Shown: piece after piece, positions 1 through 7,357 of the stretch
How the letters are laid out: each line of letters starts with the position of its first letter
Position numbering within the stretch: the stretch's first letter is position 1
Origin: Candidatus Aminicenantia bacterium
GTDB taxonomy: Bacteria > Acidobacteriota > Aminicenantia > UBA2199
DNA length: 64,000 bases
Reading direction: 5' to 3'
NCBI GenBank assembly: GCA_965225955.1
Contig: CBDDBX010000027.1
Span: 9,057-73,056, forward strand
Program-made: the position numbers and the translations under genes
Notes under the pieces: model-generated
Seen by the model: the letters and a program-made list of their open reading frames with translations, nothing else
Databases searched by the model: none
What the model was told of the DNA's origin: nothing

Positions 1-453
1 GCAGATGAGTACTACTCTTCATCAGTATCTTATGAGGTCGATTCAAATGTAACAGTTGAACCATGGGAGATGAATATTACTGCTCTTCTGGATAAGAAAA
101 ATCTCAAGTGGGGTCATCTTGTAAAAAAGAATACTCCTCTTCCAACACCATGGGGTAAGAAGGCATTTGATACACTTGGTGCGAAAGTAAAGAAAAAGAG
201 AGCTGAGCTTAGAGCAAAGAAGGTTGATGAATCTGTTATGGAAAAACTCTTTACAGATCAGAAGAGCCAGGAACAGGCGATGTTTGGGAAGATGAAATAT
301 AATGGAACCGTTGGGGCTTTCGAAGGTGCAGGGTATCTGTCAAAGGGACTCTACAGATCTTCTACAGACTGTATTATGTTTACCAGAAGTGATGAGTTCT
401 GTCCTGTATGCTGTGATGCTCTCACAAAAGTTATTAATCAGTACAATAAGTAG
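1..453 (+). CDS. Hypothetical protein, 5'-partial (reading frame stays open to window start); C-terminal CPVCC motif.
   Basis: The ORF-track ORF at 70..453 has no in-frame stop between position 1 and 70, so the CDS continues upstream of the window. No recognisable family. Confidence 0.35.
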   Translation, partial: ADEYYSSSVSYEVDSNVTVEPWEMNITALLDKKNLKWGHLVKKNTPLPTPWGKKAFDTLGAKVKKKRAELRAKKVDESVMEKLFTDQKSQEQAMFGKMKYNGTVGAFEGAGYLSKGLYRSSTDCIMFTRSDEFCPVCCDALTKVINQYNK

Positions 454-464
454 AAGGAAAGAAG

Positions 465-1832
465 ATGAAAAGTATAGAGTATCTTAATAGTAGAAAAAGT
501 GAGTCAATGGAGGAGCTTAAAGAGTTGCTCCGTATTCCAAGTATAAGTGCTCAGTCAAAATATAAGAGAGATATGTCTGTCTGTGCAGAGTGGGTGGAAA
601 CTTTTCTGAAGAGGAGAGGTTTTGAAACCAGAATAATTGAAACACCAGGTTATCCTGCTGTTTATGCAGAGATGATGGTTTCAGATGACCTGCCTACAGT
701 CCTGGTTTACGGCCACTACGATGTTCAGCCGGTTGATCCTGTTGAGGATTGGTTTACAGACCCTTTTAATCCAATAGAGAAAGATGGGTACCTTATTGCC
801 CGGGGGGCCAGCGATGATAAAGGGCAGTTCTTTACCCATATGAAAAGCTGTGAAGCTCTGATAGAGGCTGAAGGTGGTCTTCCTCTGAATGTTAAGTTTC
901 TTATCGAAGGTGAGGAAGAGGCTGCCGAGAATCATCTTGATGAGCTTATTGAAGAACATAAGGAGTTGTTAAAGGCAGATGTGGCTCTTGTTTCAGATAG
1001 TGCTCAGTATGGAATTGACCTGCCTGCAATAACTTATGCCTTAAGAGGCATTACTGCTATGGAAATTACTGTTACAGGCCCTGATAAAGATCTCCATTCC
1101 GGTGCTTTTGGTGGAGCTGTTCCCAATCCTGTTAATACTCTCTGCTCAATTATCGGGAAACTACAGGATGAGAAGGGCAGAATTACTGTTCCTGGTTTCT
1201 ATGATAGTGTAAGAGATCAGACTGAATGGGAGAGAGATCAGGCTGCAGCACTTCCTTTTAATCATGATGAGTTTCTTGAGTATACAGGTTGCAAAAGTCT
1301 TCATGGAGAAGAGGGGTTTACTACAACAGAGAGAAAGAGTGCAAGACCTACTCTGGACTGCAACGGTATATTCGGAGGTTATCAGGGTGAAGGTCTGAAG
1401 ACTATTGTTCCTTCCACAGCTACAGCAAAACTCTCTATGCGCCTTGTTGCAGATATGGATCCTGCTGATACATATAAGAAGGTGGAAAAATACATTCTGG
1501 AGCTTTGTCCCGACTATGTAGATGTTAAGATAACAGATCTTGGTGGTGCATATCCTGTTCAGGTTCCTGTAGAAAGTGACTGGCTTAAAGCAGCAGGTGA
1601 GGCTGTAAAGGAAGGGTTTGGTAAGAAGCCTCTCTTTACAAAAGATGGTGGTTCAATACCTGTAGTTGGTACTTTCAGTAAAGTACTGGGTATTGATACA
1701 CTGCTTATTGGCTGGGGTCAGGAAGATGACAATATCCACTCTCCAAATGAGAGATTCAGAATAGAAGACTTTCACAGAGGTTGCACTACTTCAGCTATGA
1801 TTCTTAAGAGACTTTCAGAAGTTAAAAAATGA
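465..1832 (+). CDS. M20 family metallopeptidase (ArgE/DapE/ACY1/CPG2-type dipeptidase).
   Basis: 455 aa. M20 signatures are present: the HYDVQP metal-binding region, GASDDKG, and an EGEEE acidic catalytic stretch. RBS-like purine run upstream. Confidence 0.85.
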   Translation: MKSIEYLNSRKSESMEELKELLRIPSISAQSKYKRDMSVCAEWVETFLKRRGFETRIIETPGYPAVYAEMMVSDDLPTVLVYGHYDVQPVDPVEDWFTDPFNPIEKDGYLIARGASDDKGQFFTHMKSCEALIEAEGGLPLNVKFLIEGEEEAAENHLDELIEEHKELLKADVALVSDSAQYGIDLPAITYALRGITAMEITVTGPDKDLHSGAFGGAVPNPVNTLCSIIGKLQDEKGRITVPGFYDSVRDQTEWERDQAAALPFNHDEFLEYTGCKSLHGEEGFTTTERKSARPTLDCNGIFGGYQGEGLKTIVPSTATAKLSMRLVADMDPADTYKKVEKYILELCPDYVDVKITDLGGAYPVQVPVESDWLKAAGEAVKEGFGKKPLFTKDGGSIPVVGTFSKVLGIDTLLIGWGQEDDNIHSPNERFRIEDFHRGCTTSAMILKRLSEVKK

Positions 1833-2758
1833 TAATAAGCGCAAGCCGGCGGACAGATCTGCCGGCTTTCTATGGGGACTGGCTGCTCAATAGATTAAAG
1901 GAAGGTGTAGTTGATAGAGTTAACCCTGTGAACCCCCTTCAGGTAAGCCGTCTCCTTTTTACTCCTCAAACCATCGATTCAATAGTTTTCTGGACGAAGA
2001 ACCCTTCAGCTTTTCTGGTTAATCTGGATGAGGTGTTGAAGATGGGATACAGAGGGATGTTTCTTTTTACTCTCAACTCTTATACTCAGGAAGTTGAGCC
2101 AGGTATCGGAGATCTGAATTCAAGAATTGAAGCTTTCAAAGCAGTCTCAAAGATAGTCGGGAAAAGAGCTGTTGCCTGGAGATATGATCCTGTAATTCTC
2201 AGTACCAGTTTTACATCTGAATGGCATTTTGAGCAGATTGAGAAGATCTATAATAAACTTTCCGGTTATACAAACCGCCTGATTCTGAGTTTCTACGACT
2301 ACTACTCAGCACCACAGAAAAGGATGGCAGGAATTGATTCTCTAGATATGAGTGGTTGCTGTGACCATCTTAAGAGTCAGTTTATGAAGAGATTATCTGA
2401 TATGTTCAGAGAGGAAGAGATTGAGATCTCACTTTGTGCCCAGAAGGAAGACTACTCAGATTGTGGAATATACAACAGAGGCTGTATAGAAGGGAGAGAT
2501 ATAGCAGATCTCTTTGGGCTTAACATTAAGGCGGAGAGAGATAAAGGGCAGAGAGGAAGTTGCCTCTGTACCCGGTCTTTTGATATCGGAGCATACGAAA
2601 CCTGCAGATATAACTGCATCTACTGCTATGCAGATAAGAGGCGAAACAGAAATAAGCCTCATAAATACCACCATAATCCCGCCTCAATATCACTAATCCC
2701 TTACCCCCGAAACGCAAAAATCACAGTAAAAGATTTGACCTCCGGGTTATTCTGTTAA
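1829..2758 (+). CDS. DUF1848 family protein with a C-terminal CX3CX2C cysteine cluster.
   Basis: N-terminal SASRRTDLPAFYGDW is the DUF1848 hallmark as I recall it. C-terminal CRYNCIYCYADKR. ATGA start/stop overlap with the upstream M20 peptidase, so the two are translationally coupled. Confidence 0.6.
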   Translation: MIISASRRTDLPAFYGDWLLNRLKEGVVDRVNPVNPLQVSRLLFTPQTIDSIVFWTKNPSAFLVNLDEVLKMGYRGMFLFTLNSYTQEVEPGIGDLNSRIEAFKAVSKIVGKRAVAWRYDPVILSTSFTSEWHFEQIEKIYNKLSGYTNRLILSFYDYYSAPQKRMAGIDSLDMSGCCDHLKSQFMKRLSDMFREEEIEISLCAQKEDYSDCGIYNRGCIEGRDIADLFGLNIKAERDKGQRGSCLCTRSFDIGAYETCRYNCIYCYADKRRNRNKPHKYHHNPASISLIPYPRNAKITVKDLTSGLFC

Positions 2759-2759
2759 A

Positions 2760-3286
2760 AAATCACACAGATATTAACCCAATTGCAGGGATTTAATGTT
2801 GCATTGGTCAGGTATGCCACGCCCTTGCTACCTTTCATTCAGGCGTGCTGGGTAATAAACAGTTAAAAAATTGGTTTGACCTGTTAAACGGGCGCATACT
2901 CCGTTATGGTAGAACCATAACTCCGATGCGCCCCTACAAATCTCTCCTGTATATCAAATTTTGCAGGCCACGGCATAACTCTTATAACAAATTTTGACAT
3001 TAATCACTTGAAAATTAACCGCCAACACACGCCAATAAAAACAAATGCACACGAATAAATACACCGGTTGCAACCACACCTGACCCAATGATAAGAGACA
3101 CGGTTTGTAGGGGCGTATCGACGAGATTGCTATTGCAATCAAGGAGTATGCGCCCGTTTATCAGGCCACGGTATAATCTGAAAATTGTACAACGTGTTTC
3201 TTATTGTCAGATGAGGACTTCTGTTTGCCTTATTGTTAAGGCGTGTGGGTGAGGGGCGATCTAAGGTAGATCGCCGGTTTTATGGA
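2760..3286. repeat. REP/BIME-like modular repeat cluster A. Modules: 'ggcatgcca(c/a)gcccttgctacc', 'ggtttgacctgttaaacgggcgcatactccg..cgatgcgcccctacaaa' (forward at 2873..2940, inverted at 3104..3160), and a 'ctgtatatcaaattttgcagg' tail.
   Basis: The same modules recur at 4786.., 5771.., 6768.., 7065.., 9046.., 9255.. and 63820... Imperfect palindromes with an adjacent CTAC/GTAG. Confidence 0.8.
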
Positions 3287-4648
3287 TTATTTTGCCTGGT
3301 TCAGCAGGTTGCGATAGGTTTCTATCATTTCTGCTGTTGAAGTTGCAGCTTTTCTTTTCTTTGAATCTACAGATATATTTTCGTATTTGGATATAAGGTT
3401 CTGCATTGGCAGGTTAAGTTCTGCTGCTCCGGTTTTTATTCTGTCTTCAAGTATTGGAAGAGCAGCAAAACCAAGTGCTTCAATTTGTCTGCTTTTTTCA
3501 TCAGGTGATTCTGAAGAGTAGAGTATTGCATCTACTTTTTCAGGTAGTCTGGTTAAAAATCTATCCCAGCTGAACACCCAGCCTGATCCTGTTTCCCATT
3601 TTCCTGATACTGCTTTAAGATCTACAGCGGCAATTTTTTCAGCAGCTATTGCAAGAATATAATCTATCAGGCCATTCTCTTTAGTAGATTTGATTCTGTT
3701 CTTTATGGTTTCGAGAGCTTTGGGGCCCATTGCTACAATCTTTCTGAAACCATCATTATTGATATAGTCGTAAGGATTAGATGAATTCACATATCTGTTA
3801 ATATTAAATTCAAGTTCAGCAACGTGGTTCATTAGATCTCTGTCAGTTTCTGTATATGCTTTACGAAGTTCAGGGTCGCCACTCTCAACACTTAAGAAGT
3901 CAGAAGCATATTTACCGTTACTGTCGGTTACTGAAACCTCCAGCTCAAGACCGGAGTTTGAGGGCATCTGTGCTGAAGTGGAACTCTCTGTTCCTCCATC
4001 TATTGTGTCTTCGTATCTATTTGAGATCATCCAGCTGTATGTGTATGGCGGAACTCCGTTTTTGACTCTTACACTCCAGATCTGAGTAGTGTTTGGAGCT
4101 GCTCTGTTTGGGCCACGGATTTCAGCTGTCATACTCTTATAGTAGACTTTGACTTTTGCCCCGTAACCGGCTCTCTGCTGAGTGTATGGGTAGTTATACA
4201 ACTTGTGAGTGTAGTAGGTATTGTATGGGTCCCATGAATTGTGCTGCAGAAGGTTCAGGCCGCCGCATTTAGCCTGGCAGGCAGAAGAGCTTATCACTTT
4301 ACTGAAATGCCCAATGCTGTTTGTTGTTCCATAAGATATGATTTTTGCATAATGCCCATATGTTCTGTAACCTTTACTACTCATATAGGTGTTAACCTGA
4401 TTACTTGTAGGATTACTGCTTCCCCATGGCCATACCCACTGGTTTGTAATGCCAATAGAGTATGCAAGGCAGTTATAAGTGCCTGTACAGGGCCCAAGAT
4501 ATGACCAGGTGGTGCAGAAACTGTTGTAAAATTCCGTTGGGGTACCGTTATAGTCTGAAGGCTTGCATAACTGCTGCCCATAAGTATTGCCTGTTAAAAA
4601 CAGAAAAGTTATTAACAGAAAAATGGTAGCTGAAAATTTTTTAGACAT
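3287..4648 (-). CDS. Secreted multidomain protein of unknown function (signal peptide; Cys/His-containing N-terminal domain; PKD/Ig-like 'GVPPYTYSW' motif; helical C-terminal domain).
   Basis: 453 aa. N-terminus MSKKFSATIFLLITFLFLTGNTYG is a typical Sec signal. The YNCLAYSIG ... GHYAKI / IGHFSKVI spacing resembles papain-like/CHAP-type Cys-His hydrolases (weak). The gene sits between two REP clusters. Confidence 0.5.
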   Translation of the reverse strand: MSKKFSATIFLLITFLFLTGNTYGQQLCKPSDYNGTPTEFYNSFCTTWSYLGPCTGTYNCLAYSIGITNQWVWPWGSSNPTSNQVNTYMSSKGYRTYGHYAKIISYGTTNSIGHFSKVISSSACQAKCGGLNLLQHNSWDPYNTYYTHKLYNYPYTQQRAGYGAKVKVYYKSMTAEIRGPNRAAPNTTQIWSVRVKNGVPPYTYSWMISNRYEDTIDGGTESSTSAQMPSNSGLELEVSVTDSNGKYASDFLSVESGDPELRKAYTETDRDLMNHVAELEFNINRYVNSSNPYDYINNDGFRKIVAMGPKALETIKNRIKSTKENGLIDYILAIAAEKIAAVDLKAVSGKWETGSGWVFSWDRFLTRLPEKVDAILYSSESPDEKSRQIEALGFAALPILEDRIKTGAAELNLPMQNLISKYENISVDSKKRKAATSTAEMIETYRNLLNQAK

Positions 4649-4979
4649 TTGTCCTCCTTTCCCGCATGTTTTGAAAAACTAATAATCTCACAGCAGGATT
4701 TTGCTAAATATTTACCATTAAAACCATTGTATAAGATCCAGAAGAATTGTTCAAAGAATATGAAGATCAATAACTTTGCAGGTGCCAGGCATGCCAAGCC
4801 CTTGCTACCTTTTATTCAGGCGTGCAGGGGAGTGAGAGTCAATCTTGCAGATTCGGAGGATGCCGATTTTATCATAATAATGCATGGGTCAGGCATGCCT
4901 GACACCCTACACAATCATTGTATTACAAGACTTTACAGACCTGTTAAATAATAAGACACACCCAGGAATTTATCATTTT
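4649..4979. repeat. REP/BIME-like cluster B, including a P1 REP copy (gggtcaggcatgcctgacaccctacac at 4886..4912).
   Basis: Contains a 16-nt perfect palindrome gtcaggcatgcctgac plus a flanking CTAC. Shares the 'ggcatgccaagcccttgctaccttttattcaggcgtgcagggg' module with clusters A, C and D. Confidence 0.8.
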
Positions 4980-5498
4980 TTATAATAGTGGTGAATTCAT
5001 CTGATCTGTATCCCAATTTTTAGGATTATTGATTATGTATTCCCGGATAATATTTAATTCCCGGTCATTCCTTATGACTCTTTCCCAATAGTTACGCTGC
5101 CAAATTTTTGTTTTATCCCCTGAATTCATTTCATTTATTTTTCTGGTAACAGTTGATTTGAAAGACCCTATAATTGTAGATAATGATTGTTTAGTGGGTA
5201 ATATGCGAGAATGTAGGGGCTTGCCATGGCACGCCCCTGGAGATACTGTCATACAGATTATGCCGTGTACGTGATTTGGCATTACTATAAATTTATCGAG
5301 GGAGATATTTGAAAAATGGTTGGGGATTTCATTCCAGATAGAAAAGGCGATTTTCCCATACTGGCTTAATGACATTCTGTTATTGATGATATTGCCAAAA
5401 TAATGTTTTTTCTCATGTGTACATATAGTTACATAGTATGCACCAGCAGATGAATAATCCCTCTGGGGTAATCTGATTGATTGTCTGTTATGTTGCAT
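4980..5498 (-). CDS. REP-associated tyrosine transposase (RAYT; IS200/IS605 TnpA-like Y1 HUH enzyme).
   Basis: 172 aa. HUH motif in 'MPNHVHGIICM'; catalytic Tyr context 'IWQRNYWERVIRND'; size and motif order typical of RAYT/TnpA_REP. Flanked on both sides by identical P1 REP palindromes (4886..4912 and 5662..5688). Confidence 0.8.
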   Translation of the reverse strand: MQHNRQSIRLPQRDYSSAGAYYVTICTHEKKHYFGNIINNRMSLSQYGKIAFSIWNEIPNHFSNISLDKFIVMPNHVHGIICMTVSPGACHGKPLHSRILPTKQSLSTIIGSFKSTVTRKINEMNSGDKTKIWQRNYWERVIRNDRELNIIREYIINNPKNWDTDQMNSPLL

Positions 5499-5938
5499 TG
5501 TATATTTTGTTAATATAAAAAATATATGTTATTTGGAGTGATTAATCAAGAAGAAAATTTAAGAATAAATGCAGAGATCTTTGCGTGTGATCTTGTTGTA
5601 ACACCATATTAGAGGATAACGAATGCAGTTCAAGGGGAAGTGTTGTGTTGTTATGTTGCATGGGTCAGGCATGCCTGACACCCTACACGTCATTGTATTA
5701 AAAGGCTGTACAGATCTGTTAAATAATAACTGTACGGCTGATTAAAGGATTGCTGAATTGTGGTTGGGTAGGGGCTTGGCATGCCACGCCCTTGCTACCT
5801 TTTATTCAGGCGTACGGGGGTAATATAAGCAGTTAAAAAATTGGTTTGACCTATTAAATGGGCGCATACTCCGTTTGATTGGTTACGGCAATACTGTTTT
5901 ATATATTAGGTTTGTTTTTCAGATACCATTTGTGAGGG
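5499..5938. repeat. REP/BIME-like cluster C, including a P1 REP copy (5662..5688) and R2/R3 modules (5771..5885).
   Basis: Direct sequence identity to modules in clusters A, B, D and E. Confidence 0.8.
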
Positions 5939-6412
5939 TTACTGTTTTTGTTTGAGAGCCAGAAGTTCTTCTACGTCAAGTTTATCTTTTGTTCTGTTAA
6001 CAAGCCTCTTAGCTTCTATCAGTTCATCCATTCCAAGGATTCTGATTTTAAGGTTATCTACTACATCTTCAACTATATTGTTAAAATATTGAGCTGTTTT
6101 TTCTGTAGAGATACTGGTTATTATATCGATTGCATTTGGCTCTGCTCCAAGGTGAATAGCAGCACCTTCTTTAGTAAAAACTTCCGGGTCAATTCCAGCA
6201 TTTCCAAACCCGAAATCCGTTAACGCAATCATGACTTTTTCTGCGTTTTCTCTATTGGGGTTTATAAGAATATCAAAGTCAAATGTTGCTCTCATGTAGC
6301 CATAATAACTGACTGCATATCCGCCACAGACGGCATAATCTACATTATATTCATTAAAGAGCTCTATCAGCTCCTTCATATCATTTGTCAGTTTCAGCAT
6401 TGTCAAAGTCAA
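5939..6412 (-). CDS. Nucleotidyltransferase-fold protein (Pol-beta superfamily; AbiEii/DUF1814-like 'GG..x..R.T.DFD' motif). Putative toxin/effector of a two-gene module.
   Basis: 157 aa. 'VCGGYAVSYYGYMRATFDFDILI' fits the hG[GS]-x(9-13)-DhD nucleotidyltransferase signature. Its start overlaps the stop of the upstream 62-aa ORF. Embedded between REP clusters. Confidence 0.5.
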   Translation of the reverse strand: MTLTMLKLTNDMKELIELFNEYNVDYAVCGGYAVSYYGYMRATFDFDILINPNRENAEKVMIALTDFGFGNAGIDPEVFTKEGAAIHLGAEPNAIDIITSISTEKTAQYFNNIVEDVVDNLKIRILGMDELIEAKRLVNRTKDKLDVEELLALKQKQ

Positions 6413-6569
6413 GTTTGCGGATTTTTACTATTTTTTCGATTGGTTTGTTCCATGTACCCATGCGTTTTGCTAATAGGAGCATACGTTCAGGACCGGTCAT
6501 CTTGAGAATCTCTTCACGGCGGATCTGATCCTGATCTTCCACTCTGGCGATTTTTACAACCTTTTCCAT
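6381..6569 (-). CDS. Small hypothetical protein (62 aa), operonic partner of the nucleotidyltransferase; candidate antitoxin or regulator.
   Basis: Overlaps the 5' end of the NTase ORF by ~30 nt (or abuts it if the NTase starts at Met12). Charged, helical composition. No recognisable family. Confidence 0.35.
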   Translation of the reverse strand: MEKVVKIARVEDQDQIRREEILKMTGPERMLLLAKRMGTWNKPIEKIVKIRKLDFDNAETDK

Positions 6570-7357
6570 GTGTTAAATATATAATGCAGGGGAGTAGGAG
6601 TCAATCTTGCAGATTCAGGAGATGTCGATTTTGTTTTATTTCCGCATGGGTCAGGCATGCCTGACACCCTACACAATCATCAGGCGGTGATTTGACAGAA
6701 ATTATTACTGTTATCTGAAAAGGACTGTAAAAATTAAAAATTGACGCGCAATATTAATAAATTGTAGGGGCCTGGCATGCCACGCCCTTGCTACCTTTTA
6801 TTCAGCCGTGCGGGGGTAATAAGCAGTTAAAAAATTGGTTTGACCTGTTAAACGGGCGCATACTCCGATACGCCCCTACAAACCGCTTCTCTTATTATCA
6901 ATCGGGGATTGTTTAATAATGTTTTGATTCTAATCTTTATGTTTATTCGCGTGTATTTGCGTCTTTTTTGGCGTCCATTCGCGGTTAATGCTGATTTTTA
7001 AACCGTTCGGGAATTCTGTTTGTCTTATTTTAAGGCGTGCGGGGAGATAAACATCTGATAAATTGGTTTGACCTGTTAAACGGGCGTATACTCCGTTATG
7101 GTGGAACCATAACTCCGATACGCCCCTACAAATCTCTCCTGTATATCAAATTTTGCAGGGCACGGCATAATCTGAAAATTGTACAATGTGTTTCTTATGA
7201 TTGGGTAGGGTGTGGTTGATTTATTCGTGTGTATTTGTTTTTATTGGCGTGTGTTGACGTTCGGGTATTTGTTTGGTGTTTATTTGTGTGCATTGGTGGT
7301 TCCTTCTGTGTTATGTTTCGGGTTTCTGGTATACTTTCGGATTATTATGGAGGAGTT
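6570..7357. repeat. REP/BIME-like cluster D: P1 copy at 6649..6675, an R3 short form at 6837..6880, an R3 long form at 7065..7133, and the module 'ttattcgcgtgtatttgcgtcttttttggcg...cggttaatgctgattt'.
   Basis: The modules repeat nearly verbatim at 9125..9235 and 9340..9440. The 5' leader of the C69 dipeptidase gene is built from these modules. Confidence 0.8.

Noticed and set aside
2954-3142. 62-aa minus-strand ORF
   Set aside because: Lies wholly within repeat cluster A (it spans the inverted R3 copy). No RBS.
7037-7357. ORF-track ORFs 7037..7219(+) and the 5' extension 7229..7357 of the dipeptidase ORF
   Set aside because: Both read entirely through REP/BIME modules whose sequence recurs at 9040..9440 in non-coding context. 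The dipeptidase has a clean RBS plus signal peptide starting at 7358.
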